A stretch of DNA of 64,000 bases. Source: Synechococcus sp. (GTDB taxonomy: Bacteria > Cyanobacteriota > Cyanobacteriia > PCC-6307 > Cyanobiaceae). The position numbers and the translations under genes were made by a program. Shown in pieces: positions 19,846 to 30,669 of the stretch (position 1 is its first letter; each line of letters begins with the position of its first letter). Under the pieces are notes generated by a model. It did not search any database. It saw only the letters and a list, made by a program, of their open reading frames with translations, and was not told where the DNA came from. The stretch is from the NCBI GenBank assembly GCA_047285535.1, contig JBJBDC010000001.1:2688136-2752135 (forward strand), in the 5' to 3' direction.

Positions 19846-19897
19846 CAGAAGACAGAAAAAAAGGAGGGCTGAGGCCCTCCTTTTTTTCTGTCTTCTG
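19846..19897 (+). terminator. Intrinsic terminator inside a 24-bp perfect inverted repeat
   Basis: CAGAAGACAGAAAAAAAGGAGGGC-TGAG-GCCCTCCTTTTTTTCTGTCTTCTG. Confidence 0.85.
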
Positions 19898-19934
19898 GGA
19901 GAATCTCGGTCCCTGATCCAGACACGAATCATTA

Positions 19935-21104
19935 ATGACTGCTAGTTCCTCTTCCTCGCAGCGCTCCGGGCTAATTGCTCCTTACGGAGGCACCCTGGTG
20001 GATTTGATGGTGTCAGCGACTGAGCAGGCTGAGCTGAAGGCTTCGGCTACCAAAAGCATCGAATGTTCCGATCGCAATGCCTGTGATGTTGAACTGCTTG
20101 TGGTGGGTGGATTCTCTCCAGAGCGGGGTTTTATGCATCAGGCCGACTACGACTCCGTGGTCGCCGGACATCGCACGACGTCTGGTTACCTATTCGGGTT
20201 GCCGATCGTGATGGATACCGACCGTGCGGACGTGGCCGTTGGAGACAAGGTGTTGTTGACATACCAAGGCCAGGATCTCGCTGTTCTCACCGTTGGTGAT
20301 AAGTGGGAACCCGACAAGGTTGTAGAAGCCAAAGGCTGCTATGGCACCACCTCGCTAGAGCACCCGGCGGTGCGCATGATCGCCACAGAACGCCGTCGCT
20401 ACTACCTCGGTGGCGTGATTCAGGGCTTGCAGCTTCCCAAGCGTGTCTTCCCCTGCAAGACGCCTGCTGAGGTCCGAGCCGGCCTCCCTGGAGGCGAAGA
20501 CGTGGTGGCATTCCAGTGCAGAAATCCCATTCATCGCGCCCACTACGAGCTCTTCACGCGCGCATTGCATGCTCAAAATGTCAGTCAAAACGCTGTGGTG
20601 CTTGTTCACCCCACCTGTGGTCCGACCCAGCAGGATGATATTCCTGGAGCCGTTCGCTTCCAGACCTATGAACGTCTAGCTGCTGAAGTGGATAACTCAC
20701 GCATCCGTTGGGCTTATTTGCCCTACGCCATGCATATGGCTGGACCGCGTGAAGCCCTGCAGCACATGATCATTCGTAGGAATTACGGCTGTACCCATTT
20801 CATCATTGGTCGAGACATGGCGGGATGTAAATCTTCCCTCACCGGGGATGATTTTTACGGCCCCTATGACGCGCAAAATTTCGCTAAAGAATGTGCGCCT
20901 GAACTGATGATGGAGACGGTTCCCTCCTTGAATCTCGTTTTTACCGAAGAAGAGGGTTATGTCACGGCTGAACATGCTGAGGCGCGTGGTCTCCATGTCA
21001 AAAGGCTCAGTGGTACCCAATTCCGCAAGATGCTTCGTAGTGGCGAAGAAATTCCAGAGTGGTTCGCCTTTCGTAGCGTGGTTGAGGTCCTTCGGGCCTC
21101 CTGA
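19935..21104 (+). CDS. sat: Sulfate adenylyltransferase (ATP sulfurylase)
   Basis: AFQCRNPIHRAH, MHMAGPREA, NYGCTHFIIGRDMAG and SGTQFR motifs. Confidence 0.96.
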   Translation: MTASSSSSQRSGLIAPYGGTLVDLMVSATEQAELKASATKSIECSDRNACDVELLVVGGFSPERGFMHQADYDSVVAGHRTTSGYLFGLPIVMDTDRADVAVGDKVLLTYQGQDLAVLTVGDKWEPDKVVEAKGCYGTTSLEHPAVRMIATERRRYYLGGVIQGLQLPKRVFPCKTPAEVRAGLPGGEDVVAFQCRNPIHRAHYELFTRALHAQNVSQNAVVLVHPTCGPTQQDDIPGAVRFQTYERLAAEVDNSRIRWAYLPYAMHMAGPREALQHMIIRRNYGCTHFIIGRDMAGCKSSLTGDDFYGPYDAQNFAKECAPELMMETVPSLNLVFTEEEGYVTAEHAEARGLHVKRLSGTQFRKMLRSGEEIPEWFAFRSVVEVLRAS

Positions 21105-21149
21105 CTTGGCCGATTCCCATTAACATTCCTTCATCAGAGGTGAAACCCC

Positions 21150-23000
21150 TTGAACAAACGTTGGCGCAATGTGGGGCTTTACGTCCTTCTCGTAGTGGTC
21201 GTGATCGTTGTTGGGACGGCTTTCCTCGATCGTCCTGACCAGTCAAACGCTTCACGCACGTTGCGATATAGCGATTTCGTGGAGTCTGTTCAGGAAGATC
21301 AAGTCAGCCGTGTCTTGCTATCCCCAGATCGCGGAACCGCTCAGATTGTTGAAACCGATGGTCGTCGAGCTGAGGTGAACCTCGCTCCAGATAAGGATCT
21401 GCTGAAGCTGCTCACTGACCACAATGTTGATATTGCCGTTCAGCCCTCGCGTCAGCCAGGTGCCTGGCAGCAAGCTGCAACGAGCTTGATCTTCCCATTG
21501 CTGCTACTCGGGGGGTTGTTCTTCTTGTTCCGTCGTGCCCAAGGCGGTGGTGGAGGCGGTAATCCCGCCATGAATTTTGGTAAGAGCAAAGCTCGGGTCC
21601 AAATGGAACCCACCACCCAGGTCACTTTTGGAGATGTGGCTGGAATCGAAGGCGCCAAGCTTGAGCTCACAGAGGTCGTTGATTTCCTGAAAAACCCCGA
21701 TCGCTTTACAGCAGTAGGAGCCAAAATCCCTAAAGGTTGCTTGCTAGTTGGCCCTCCCGGTACTGGTAAGACCTTGCTTGCAAAAGCCGTGGCTGGTGAG
21801 GCGGGAGTGCCGTTTTTCTCGATTTCAGGTTCTGAATTTGTCGAAATGTTCGTGGGAGTCGGCGCAAGCCGTGTTCGCGATTTATTTGAACAGGCCAAGA
21901 AAAATGCTCCCTGCATCGTGTTTATTGACGAAATTGATGCAGTAGGTCGTCAAAGAGGCGCTGGGCTAGGCGGTGGCAATGACGAACGTGAACAAACTCT
22001 GAACCAGCTCCTCACAGAGATGGATGGTTTCGAGGGCAATACCGGCATCATCATCATTGCGGCAACCAACCGCCCTGACGTTCTGGACTCGGCCTTGATG
22101 CGTCCTGGTCGTTTTGACAGACAGGTCACGGTTGACCGTCCTGACTATGCAGGTCGCCTTCAAATCCTTGGCGTGCATGCCCGCAGTAAAACCTTGTCCA
22201 AGGATGTCGACCTAGACAAAGTGGCGCGCCGTACTCCGGGTTACACCGGTGCCGACCTCGCCAACCTTTTAAATGAGGCAGCTATCCTTGCCGCCCGCCG
22301 TCAACTCACAGAGGTGAGCAATGATGAAATCAGTGATGCGATTGAGCGCATCATGGTTGGCCCGGAAAAGAAAGATGGGGTGATGAGCGAACGTCGCAAG
22401 CGACTGGTTGCTTATCACGAAGCAGGTCATGCCCTCGTTGGCGCGTTGATGCCTGATTACGACGCCGTTCAGAAAATATCAATCATTCCTCGCGGTAATG
22501 CTGGTGGTCTTACTTTCTTCACTCCGAGTGAAGAGCGCATGGAATCTGGCCTCTATTCTCGTAACTATCTTCAAAATCAGATGGCTGTGGCCTTGGGTGG
22601 CCGGGTTGCAGAAGAAATCGTCTTTGGAGAAGACGAAGTTACGACTGGTGCTTCCAATGATCTCCAACAGGTTGCCTCCGTTGCTCGTCAGATGGTGACC
22701 CGATTTGGGATGAGCGACAAACTTGGGCCCGTTGCACTCGGTAGAGCGCAAGGTGGGATGTTCTTGGGAAGAGATATTGCTGCTGAGCGTGACTTCTCAG
22801 AAGACACTGCAGCCACAATTGATTCTGAAGTGTCCGATCTTGTTGATGCGGCTTATCACCGCGCAACTAAGGTATTGGAGGACAATCGTTCTGTGCTAGA
22901 CGAGCTTGCAGAAATGCTTGTCGAAAGTGAGACGGTTGATTCGGAGGAGCTGCAGGACCTTCTGATCCGCCGGGATGTACGGATTGCAGAGTACGTCTGA
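21150..23000 (+). CDS. ftsH: ATP-dependent zinc metalloprotease FtsH (FtsH3-like)
   Basis: Walker A GPPGTGKT, Walker B FIDEID, RPGRFDR, zinc motif HEAGH; two N-terminal TM segments. Confidence 0.97.
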   Translation: MNKRWRNVGLYVLLVVVVIVVGTAFLDRPDQSNASRTLRYSDFVESVQEDQVSRVLLSPDRGTAQIVETDGRRAEVNLAPDKDLLKLLTDHNVDIAVQPSRQPGAWQQAATSLIFPLLLLGGLFFLFRRAQGGGGGGNPAMNFGKSKARVQMEPTTQVTFGDVAGIEGAKLELTEVVDFLKNPDRFTAVGAKIPKGCLLVGPPGTGKTLLAKAVAGEAGVPFFSISGSEFVEMFVGVGASRVRDLFEQAKKNAPCIVFIDEIDAVGRQRGAGLGGGNDEREQTLNQLLTEMDGFEGNTGIIIIAATNRPDVLDSALMRPGRFDRQVTVDRPDYAGRLQILGVHARSKTLSKDVDLDKVARRTPGYTGADLANLLNEAAILAARRQLTEVSNDEISDAIERIMVGPEKKDGVMSERRKRLVAYHEAGHALVGALMPDYDAVQKISIIPRGNAGGLTFFTPSEERMESGLYSRNYLQNQMAVALGGRVAEEIVFGEDEVTTGASNDLQQVASVARQMVTRFGMSDKLGPVALGRAQGGMFLGRDIAAERDFSEDTAATIDSEVSDLVDAAYHRATKVLEDNRSVLDELAEMLVESETVDSEELQDLLIRRDVRIAEYV

Positions 23001-23628
23001 TCGTCAGCAGTGGTTGATTGCTTCGTTGCGTCTTCAGCCACTCATTGTTGTTTTGCGGCCCGAGGAGAGTGATCTCCTTGGGCCTTTTTCTCATACGTTG
23101 TTATGTCAACGTCTCGATCTCTTGGTGGATCTGGGCGTTCGTCATATAGAGATTGCATGGTTGCACCACCCTCGCTGGAGTGATCTGATTGCGACGATTC
23201 GTTGCCGCCATCCCAATGTTCAACTAGGTGTGGCTTCTGTCACCTCTCAACAGGGACTGCAGGCTGTGATTGATCTCGATCTGCGGTATGCAATGTCTCC
23301 TGTTTTGGATCAGGACCTGGTCTTCGCCGCTCATCAGCGCAACTTTTGTCTCGTCCCAGGTGTGATGACGCCAACTGAGATTCGAAAGGCTCAGGCTTTT
23401 GGTTGTCGTGTTGTGAAATTGTTTCCAGCGGTTGTCTTGGGCATTGGCTACCACTCTCAGATTTCAGCGCCGATGGGAGATCATCTGCCTTTCATGATTG
23501 CAGCAGGAGGATTATGTGTGGGCGACTTGGATCCATGGCTGTCGGCTGGTTACGACGCTATTGCTCTTGGTCGTGGCGTACTGAGCACCAATGACGCCAC
23601 CGCTGAGCTTCGCGATTGGTTGACGTGA
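22975..23628 (+). CDS. eda: KDPG/KHG aldolase
   Basis: [18 protein letters not shown], Schiff-base KLFPA and AAGG motifs. Confidence 0.85.
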   Translation: MYGLQSTSDRQQWLIASLRLQPLIVVLRPEESDLLGPFSHTLLCQRLDLLVDLGVRHIEIAWLHHPRWSDLIATIRCRHPNVQLGVASVTSQQGLQAVIDLDLRYAMSPVLDQDLVFAAHQRNFCLVPGVMTPTEIRKAQAFGCRVVKLFPAVVLGIGYHSQISAPMGDHLPFMIAAGGLCVGDLDPWLSAGYDAIALGRGVLSTNDATAELRDWLT

Positions 23629-23667
23629 GACCAATCTGCTACAGATGGGATAGCGGATTCAATTCAA

Positions 23668-24252
23668 ATGTCTCAGTTATCCATCAAGTTGAGCGACAAG
23701 GCTGACGCTCTGGTTGCTCAACTGCAAAAAGAGATCTTCAATCGTCGCCGCAAAAAGGTCACGGCTGCTGGTGTTGTCGAAACCTTGGTTGAAAGCGGTG
23801 CAAGGTCTCAGTCCGACAAGCGTTTTGCCACCTCCTGGGTCAACCTCATTAAAGACATTGAAAAGGCTGCCAAGCTTGCTAACGCCCATGGCAACAAGCC
23901 CTCGTCATTGACGGATGAGGAATGGGTGATGGTGTTGAGCCATCGCAACCGTCAATCCGCCAAACCGCGTAAAGCAAGCAAAACCAGCAAAACCAGCAAA
24001 CTTGAAAAGCCTGCTGCTTCCCGGACCAAGTCCTCAGTCAAGGCGAAACGCGCAGCACCTCAATCGCTGGTGGCTAAGACAGCCAAATCGACAACCACTT
24101 CCCTTGCATCAGTCGGAAAGCCTCGCAAGGCACGTCGTGCACGGAAGACCAGTGCTGAATCAACCTCCGCTCGTTCAACTGCGGGCCGCATGGCCAAAGC
24201 AGCGGCTCAGCTATCTAGTGCTAATGGCATCCATTCGCCTGCCAAAAGCTAG
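23668..24252 (+). CDS. Hypothetical protein with RHH-like N-terminus and histone-H1-like K/A/S/R-rich tail
   Basis: N-terminal strand-helix-helix pattern; C-terminal ~100 aa highly basic and low complexity. Confidence 0.75.
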   Translation: MSQLSIKLSDKADALVAQLQKEIFNRRRKKVTAAGVVETLVESGARSQSDKRFATSWVNLIKDIEKAAKLANAHGNKPSSLTDEEWVMVLSHRNRQSAKPRKASKTSKTSKLEKPAASRTKSSVKAKRAAPQSLVAKTAKSTTTSLASVGKPRKARRARKTSAESTSARSTAGRMAKAAAQLSSANGIHSPAKS

Positions 24253-24268
24253 GTGGTGTCATTCCGTA

Positions 24269-25357
24269 TCACCAAAGGCTGCACTGGCCCTGCTGTCTCA
24301 GTAGGTGATCAGCGAGCACCAAGGTCACCATTGCCTCCACCATGGGCACTGCCCGGGGCAAGACGCAAGGATCATGCCGTCCTTTCGCTGACAGCGTGGT
24401 GGCCTCTCCCGCTGAGTTGATCGTCTGTTGCTCCTTGCGGATCGTTGCAGTTGGCTTGAAAGCGACTCGGATCACGATCGGCTCACCATTGCTGATGCCT
24501 CCCTGAATGCCTCCCGAATAATTGGTGGCTGTATGCAGGCTTCCATCTTGTGTGGGTAAGAAGGCATCGTTATGCTCGCTTCCCTTGAGAAGGGTGCCTG
24601 CAAAGCCGGAACCGATCTCAAACCCCTTGGTGGCGGGTAGAGACATCACGGCTTTCGCTAGATCAGCTTCCAGCTTGTCGAAAACGGGCATGCCGAGTCC
24701 AGTGTTCGCATGCCGCACCACACACTCAATGACTCCTCCGCAGGAATCCCCCTCTTGGCCGATCATTTCAATCCGTTGAATCATTTGTTCAGCCATCCCT
24801 GCATCAGGGCAGCGAACGATATTGCTTTCCACTTGTTTGGGAGTGACTGAGCTGGGATCAACGCTCGCTTCCAGGTCGTGGATTCGTTTCACCCAGGCAA
24901 TGACTTCGGTGCCATTGACTTTTCTGAGTAGCTGTCGAGCAATGGCGCCGGCGGCAACCCGTCCAATCGTTTCGCGTGCCGAGGCCCTGCCACCGCCACT
25001 GCGGGCCTGGATGCCGTACTTCGCCTGGTATGTGGCATCGGCATGGGAGGGGCGAAAGGCCACTTCCATGTCTTTGTAGTCCTGAGGGCGTTGGTCCTTG
25101 TTGCGCACCACCATCGCAATCGGTGTGCCCAGGGTCACTCCATCGAGCAAGCCGCTGAGAATTTCAACTTGGTCGGCTTCTTTCCTTGGGGTGGTGATGC
25201 GACTTTGACCTGGACGTCTTCGGTCGAGGTCTGCCTGAATGGCTTCTAGATCTAATTTCAGCCTGGGCGGGCAACCATCAACAATGACGCCGACGGCACC
25301 CCCATGAGATTCTCCAAACGTGCTTATGCGAAACAGTTCCCCGAAGCTGCTGCCCAT
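24269..25357 (-). CDS. aroC: Chorismate synthase
   Basis: [30 protein letters not shown] and GRHDPC motifs. Confidence 0.98.
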   Translation of the reverse strand: MGSSFGELFRISTFGESHGGAVGVIVDGCPPRLKLDLEAIQADLDRRRPGQSRITTPRKEADQVEILSGLLDGVTLGTPIAMVVRNKDQRPQDYKDMEVAFRPSHADATYQAKYGIQARSGGGRASARETIGRVAAGAIARQLLRKVNGTEVIAWVKRIHDLEASVDPSSVTPKQVESNIVRCPDAGMAEQMIQRIEMIGQEGDSCGGVIECVVRHANTGLGMPVFDKLEADLAKAVMSLPATKGFEIGSGFAGTLLKGSEHNDAFLPTQDGSLHTATNYSGGIQGGISNGEPIVIRVAFKPTATIRKEQQTINSAGEATTLSAKGRHDPCVLPRAVPMVEAMVTLVLADHLLRQQGQCSLW

Positions 25358-25427
25358 GCTGTCTCCCTGCTGGGATGAGCGTAATCAGTCGGGTTCATTT
25401 CGGATTCATTGTTGAACTCTGATGCCC

Positions 25428-25904
25428 TCAGATCAGATCAGGAAGCGCTCCCTTTGGGCGTTCGCTGTCTGGGAGGTCTCTAAGCATGGTGAAATCTTCA
25501 AAGCTGAATCCAGGCCCAACACAGCAACTCACCAGGCTGTAGGGACCTTCGGCTTTGGCGGCCTGCCAGTGATCCGCTGGAATCACATGTACAGGGTTAT
25601 GCATCGACAACACCTCTCGAGTGGCGTGATCGGCCTCGGGTTTGAGGCACCAAAGGCTTAGGGGAGCTCCTTGTAGGTGGGTCCAAACCTCATCGGCATG
25701 GCTCACCCTGTGCCAGCGACTGAGCGATCCTGCATCCAAGAGATATAGGATTGTGCTGATGGCACAGCGCTGCTGCTGATCAGGTCGAACGACAAGCACA
25801 GGGCTTCGATGCAGCTCGCGATACCAGCCGCCTTCTGGATGCGGTTGCAACGTCCATTCGTCCACCAGCTTCTCAACGACTTCTGAAGGGTTGCGTTCTT
25901 TCAT
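25428..25904 (-). CDS. Cupin_5 (DUF985) family protein
   Basis: LQPHPEGGWYRE, STILYLL, WHRV..DEVW and SC.VGPGF.FEDF motifs; probable start MKERNP. Confidence 0.88.
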   Translation of the reverse strand: MKERNPSEVVEKLVDEWTLQPHPEGGWYRELHRSPVLVVRPDQQQRCAISTILYLLDAGSLSRWHRVSHADEVWTHLQGAPLSLWCLKPEADHATREVLSMHNPVHVIPADHWQAAKAEGPYSLVSCCVGPGFSFEDFTMLRDLPDSERPKGALPDLI

Positions 25905-26064
25905 ACTGTTTATTCTCCACCTTTGTGATCGCCAAACAGGCTCCAGCAGAGCCCTTTGCCTGGTTTCTTTCAAGCCCATGCTCTGCAGCAACTGTTCATG
26001 GTGTCTGATGTTGACCAACGACAACGACAGATTGAAGTTGAACGCTAGAGGCCCAACTTGATGT

Positions 26065-27345
26065 TCACGCTGCCGCCGTAGGACGTCTCGGTGGACAGGC
26101 CATCAGGGGTTGAGGGTGATGACGTCGTGGCGTTCTTTTGGGTGCTGCATTGATGTTTCGTTTCTGGCCTGCTTCGGCAAGGTCTTCTTGTAAGCGTTCG
26201 GTGCAGCACAGCAACCTCGACCAGCTCGGGAGCTGATGGGCCACAGGCGCTGCCATCAATGTCTCAACTTTGGGGCGTAACAAGGTTGCGAAGCTTTGGA
26301 CAGCAAGCTCCTCGCGGTGTCGGTTGTAAGGCAGACGATTGATGGCTGAATCCAATCCAAACTGTTGGACACGGTCTTCTCCCACCCGTCGGAACAGCAC
26401 TTCAAGTGTTGGGATTTGCTCTGGAGACAACATCCGACCTTCATGCTCCATGAGTCCACGGAGCACCGTGGCAAAAATTTCACCGGCCATTCGTTGCAAT
26501 CCCTCTGTGGGAGTATTCCCAAGTGTTTTGTGCTTGTGATCAAACAAGCCGAGATCCACTTGGGCGATGCGCCGAGGAGCAACATGGCGATACACCTCTG
26601 ACAGCAAACCAATTTCGAGTCCCCAGTCGGAAGGAATGCGCAAATTCATGGCCAGATCTCTGGTGAATGCGAACTCGCCGGCTAAGGGGTAGCGAAATGA
26701 TTGGAGATAGCGCAGGTAAGGCATCGGGCCAAAAATTTGCTCCAAGCTGGTGAGGAGTGGGCCTACAAAAAGGCGTGTTGCTCTCCCGTGGAGAGATTGG
26801 GTCTCGAGCGAAAGACGGCTGTAGAACGCTTTCACATAAGCCACCCCGAGAGAGGGATCCAGCAACGGTCGCAGCATTCTTTGTGGGTACGCAGGGGAAA
26901 AGGTGCGGATGTCAGCGTCAAAGAGCCCAACAATCTCAGCGCTTCTGCAAGCCAGGCCCAGCCCTTGCCACACAGCCCAGCCTTTCCCCGGTGGTCCGGT
27001 CACATTGAGGCCAAGGGTCTGAAGAGACTGCAGTGATTCGGCAACGGCGGGGCCATTCGTCCAGTGCACACGCACCGGATATGGCATGTCAGAGAAGAAA
27101 GCTTCCGCTGCGGCGACGTCGTCGCCGGTCTCCGCGGACAACGCGATCACGAGTTCTTCGAGGCCGCTGAGTTCTGCCAGCGCTTCACGGATCAGTCCGA
27201 GCGCAGGACGGCTGAATTCTTCCATCAGGCACGGGATCAGCAAGGACGTTGTGCGTTGCCTCAGCTGACGACGAAAGTCTGGGAGGTCCAGCTTCCCGAG
27301 TCCATAATCATGAATCGTGGCGATTAATCCCTGCTGAAAATCCAT
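26065..27345 (-). CDS. gpgS: Glucosyl-3-phosphoglycerate synthase (GT-A glycosyltransferase)
   Basis: MDFQQ start, GKGWAVW, DADI DxD motif, GRATRLFV, YPLAGEF and WGLEIG; clustered with a phosphatase and a phosphorylase. Confidence 0.85.
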   Translation of the reverse strand: MDFQQGLIATIHDYGLGKLDLPDFRRQLRQRTTSLLIPCLMEEFSRPALGLIREALAELSGLEELVIALSAETGDDVAAAEAFFSDMPYPVRVHWTNGPAVAESLQSLQTLGLNVTGPPGKGWAVWQGLGLACRSAEIVGLFDADIRTFSPAYPQRMLRPLLDPSLGVAYVKAFYSRLSLETQSLHGRATRLFVGPLLTSLEQIFGPMPYLRYLQSFRYPLAGEFAFTRDLAMNLRIPSDWGLEIGLLSEVYRHVAPRRIAQVDLGLFDHKHKTLGNTPTEGLQRMAGEIFATVLRGLMEHEGRMLSPEQIPTLEVLFRRVGEDRVQQFGLDSAINRLPYNRHREELAVQSFATLLRPKVETLMAAPVAHQLPSWSRLLCCTERLQEDLAEAGQKRNINAAPKRTPRRHHPQPLMACPPRRPTAAA

Positions 27346-27427
27346 GCGGTGATCAATGCGACAACAATTTGCGGAGCTCTGTTCGATACCTGATGCACTT
27401 GGCAAAGGCACTGTGTCCAAGCAGTTA

Positions 27428-29176
27428 ATGGCGCATAAGTGGTTGCCATCGCTTCTGACGGAGCTCTATGAACACCATTCTTTGGAGGATCTCAATCGGC
27501 TGTCGTCGCAATTGCTGCATTCCGAGGGGTCTGTGTCAGAGATTGCCTTTTCAGAGTCGCTCGATCTTCGAAGTGCGGACGCAACGGCAACGGGTCCACC
27601 TTGGGATTCCTCGAGCTGTGTGTTGATTGCCTATGCCGATACGGTGAGCGCTCATGACCAGCCTGGGCTCCGTTGTTTACAGACCCTCCTTCACGAGCAT
27701 TTCAACGGGCTCTCATCGGTCGTGCATGTGTTGCCCTTCTTGCGCTCAACCAGTGATGGAGGTTTTGCCGTTGCCAGCCATGAGGAGATTGAGCAACGCT
27801 TCGGTGATTGGAATGACTTGGCCGCGTTGGCTGAAGGTCGCCAGTTGATGGCTGATTTGGTTCTCAATCACATTTCAGCGTCTCATCCCTGGGTGCGGGC
27901 TTTTCTGAAGGGAGAGCAACCAGGAGCTCGATGTGTGTTGGCTGCTGTTCCTGACCCTTGTTGGGACAATGTGGTGCGCCCGCGAAGTTCGTCGTTATTC
28001 ACCACCCTGGCGACAGATCGGGGCCCAGAAACGGTCTGGACCACGTTTGGGCCCGATCAAGTGGACGTGAACTGGCGAGAGCCTGAAGTGTTGCTGGGGT
28101 TCACTCGCCTGCTCGATCTTTTGTGCAGGTACGGCGTCCAATGGTTGCGCCTTGATGCCGTGGGGTTTGTTTGGAAGCAGCCTTTCAGTGATTGCATCCA
28201 TCAGCCTCAGGCCCATCGGTTGGTGGAAGTGTTGCGTCTGCTCTTGGAGTCGCGATGTCCTCAGGGAGTGGTGGTGACAGAGACGAATGTCCCCGAGCAG
28301 GAAAATCTGTCTTACTTGACCACTGGTTCAGAAGCGCACCTCGCCTACAACTTCCCCTTACCTCCGCTGGTCCTCGAGGCATGTTTCAGTCGTCGTGCTG
28401 ATCTGCTGAATTCCTGGCTCGCGCGGTGGCCTCAGCTTCCTCCGGGGACAGGCCTGCTTAATTTCACGGCCTGTCATGACGGAATTGGTTTGCGGCCGCT
28501 CGAAGGGTTAATGGAATCCAATCGCTTGCTCCAGTTGCTGAAGCAATGTGAGCAGCGGGGGGGGGTGGTGAGTCACCGGCGTTTAGCGGATGGACTGGAG
28601 GTTCCCTATGAGATCAACATCAGTTGGTGGAGTGCCATGGCGGATCCAGGGCGGGATCCATCACACCTTCAACGAGCTCGTTTTTTGTTGACGCAATTGC
28701 TGCTCTTGACGTTGCCCGGTGTACCTGCGTTCTATCTGCCGGCGTTACTGGCAACTCCTAATGACAATGCCCGTTTTCGGCTCAGCGGTCATCGGCGCGA
28801 TCTGAACCGTCCACAATTTCAACTCGATCGTTTAGAGCGGTTGTTGGCTGATGCTGAAAGCGATACCCGTCAGGTGGTGGAGTCACTGCAACAAGCGATG
28901 GCTGTCCGTCGTGGCCAGGAGGCGTTGGATCCCTTCGCCCCAATGGCGTTGCTGAGCGAAGGCCGCTCTGATGTGGTGATTTTGCAGAGAGGTGAAGGGG
29001 CAAGCACCCTCTATGCGATTCACAATTTCAGTGATGTTCGCCTCAGTTTTCCTTTGAGCACCCTTGCTAACACCACAGGGTCTGTTTGGCTTGACGTGTT
29101 GAACAGGCATTCTCTTGTTGCGGGCCAAACGGCTCTCGACCTTGAGCCGTTTGCTGTGCATTGGTTGACTCGATGA
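27428..29176 (+). CDS. GH13_18 phosphorylase, probably glucosylglycerate phosphorylase
   Basis: DLVLNH, WTTF..DQVD, RLDAVG, TETNVP, HDGIG and PYEIN motifs; start uncertain. Confidence 0.8.
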   Translation: MAHKWLPSLLTELYEHHSLEDLNRLSSQLLHSEGSVSEIAFSESLDLRSADATATGPPWDSSSCVLIAYADTVSAHDQPGLRCLQTLLHEHFNGLSSVVHVLPFLRSTSDGGFAVASHEEIEQRFGDWNDLAALAEGRQLMADLVLNHISASHPWVRAFLKGEQPGARCVLAAVPDPCWDNVVRPRSSSLFTTLATDRGPETVWTTFGPDQVDVNWREPEVLLGFTRLLDLLCRYGVQWLRLDAVGFVWKQPFSDCIHQPQAHRLVEVLRLLLESRCPQGVVVTETNVPEQENLSYLTTGSEAHLAYNFPLPPLVLEACFSRRADLLNSWLARWPQLPPGTGLLNFTACHDGIGLRPLEGLMESNRLLQLLKQCEQRGGVVSHRRLADGLEVPYEINISWWSAMADPGRDPSHLQRARFLLTQLLLLTLPGVPAFYLPALLATPNDNARFRLSGHRRDLNRPQFQLDRLERLLADAESDTRQVVESLQQAMAVRRGQEALDPFAPMALLSEGRSDVVILQRGEGASTLYAIHNFSDVRLSFPLSTLANTTGSVWLDVLNRHSLVAGQTALDLEPFAVHWLTR

Positions 29177-29982
29177 AGACAACAGATGCTCTGTCCTCAA
29201 TCCCCTGGTGGGTCGTCACTGATCTCGATGGGACCCTGATGGACCATGCCTACAACTGGGAGCCGGCACGGGAGGCGATCCGTGGCTTGCAGCTACAGGG
29301 AATTCCAGTGATTCCCTGTACAAGCAAAACGGCGGTCGAGGTGCGAAGTTTCAGGGTTGCAGCTGGTTTGAAGGACCCATACATCGTTGAAAACGGAGGG
29401 GCTGTTCATGGGGAAACCAGTGATGGTGAGCCATGGGAGCTTGCGCTGGGATGCCCTGTTGCGGATCTTCGCCCGGTTTTGCTTGAGCTTGAGCAGTCGC
29501 TCAGTGAGCCGTTGCAACCTATTGACGCACTGTCCGATCAAGAGGCCTTTGACCTTCTTGGCTTGCAGGGCGAAGCTCTGCAGTTGGCATGTACGAGGCG
29601 TTGGAGTTTGCCATTCGTTCCCCCTTCCGCATCAGCGCGGCAACGGTTGCCAGAACTCGCCAACCGTCTTGGTTTCGCTGTGGTTCAGGGCAACCGTATG
29701 GGTCATCTACTCGGCGCAGATGTCAGCAAGGGTCAAGCGCTTGATGCTTTGAAGCAGCGCAACGGTGGCTCTCCTGTGCGCGTACTCGCCTTGGGGGACT
29801 CGCCCAATGACCAGCCCCTCCTTGAAGCGGGTGATCTCTCCGTTGTTGTGCCTGGTTCGAATGGTCCCCATCCAGTTTTTGCTGAAGCTATTGCTCAAGG
29901 CCGCTACCAGTTAGCGCCTGCTTGCCATGCTCAGGGCTGGGCAGAGGTGGTGTTTCAGCACGTTCTCAATGAACGGTGCTGA
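29173..29982 (+). CDS. gpgP: Glucosyl/mannosyl-3-phosphoglycerate phosphatase (HAD IIB)
   Basis: TDLDGTL, CTSKT, ENGG, SKG and GDSPND motifs. Confidence 0.87.
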   Translation: MKTTDALSSIPWWVVTDLDGTLMDHAYNWEPAREAIRGLQLQGIPVIPCTSKTAVEVRSFRVAAGLKDPYIVENGGAVHGETSDGEPWELALGCPVADLRPVLLELEQSLSEPLQPIDALSDQEAFDLLGLQGEALQLACTRRWSLPFVPPSASARQRLPELANRLGFAVVQGNRMGHLLGADVSKGQALDALKQRNGGSPVRVLALGDSPNDQPLLEAGDLSVVVPGSNGPHPVFAEAIAQGRYQLAPACHAQGWAEVVFQHVLNERC

Positions 29983-30071
29983 TTCCAAACACTTCGATTG
30001 TTTCAACAAAGACCGAGTGAAACTCTTCCTGCAACGGGAGCAGACTTGATCACAGGAATAATCCATCACGG

Positions 30072-30491
30072 ATGACAGCAATTCAATGCCGATATACCGG
30101 TGACTTGCACTGCACGGCTCAGCACGGACCGTCGGGTTCCGTTTTGAACACCGATGCGCCAACGGATCATGACGGCCTTGGCGAAAGCTTTTCGCCGACT
30201 GACCTCCTGGCGACAGCGCTTGGCACGTGCATCTTGACCATCATGGGAATCACGGCACGGCGCCGCGGTTGGGACTTCGCTGACGCCAGCGTCATCGTTG
30301 AAAAAACAATGACAACCGAGGGACCGCGCCGCATTGAAAGCCTTCAAGCTCAGATCAGCCTTCCCGTTGCCCTGAGTCAGGAACAAAGGGCATTGTTGAA
30401 GCGGGTTGCGAATGATTGCCCCGTCAAACGAAACCTCGACGCTTCAATCACGATTGATTTGATCTGGAGCGACGTCGGTTCTACGGTTTGA
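30072..30491 (+). CDS. OsmC/Ohr family protein
   Basis: TDAP.D..G....FSPTDLLATALGTC and CPV conserved cysteines. Confidence 0.9.
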   Translation: MTAIQCRYTGDLHCTAQHGPSGSVLNTDAPTDHDGLGESFSPTDLLATALGTCILTIMGITARRRGWDFADASVIVEKTMTTEGPRRIESLQAQISLPVALSQEQRALLKRVANDCPVKRNLDASITIDLIWSDVGSTV

Positions 30492-30603
30492 GTTGATGTA
30501 GCTCAGTGATCGAGTGGAGGAAAGTTTGATGAGACTTCGATTCATTTCGCACTGTTTTTAAGAGTGAGTCCCTTCCCTTGATGTTGAAGTTCTGCTTTAA
30601 GCC

Positions 30604-30634
30604 AGAAAAAGCCCCCCTTTTTGGGGGGCTTTCT
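30604..30634 (-). terminator. Intrinsic terminator of psbA copy 1
   Basis: Minus strand AAAGCCCCCC-AAAAA-GGGGGGCTTTTTCT. Confidence 0.85.
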
Positions 30635-30669
30635 TATTCAGTTGAACTGAACGATGGATGGATTCCAGA

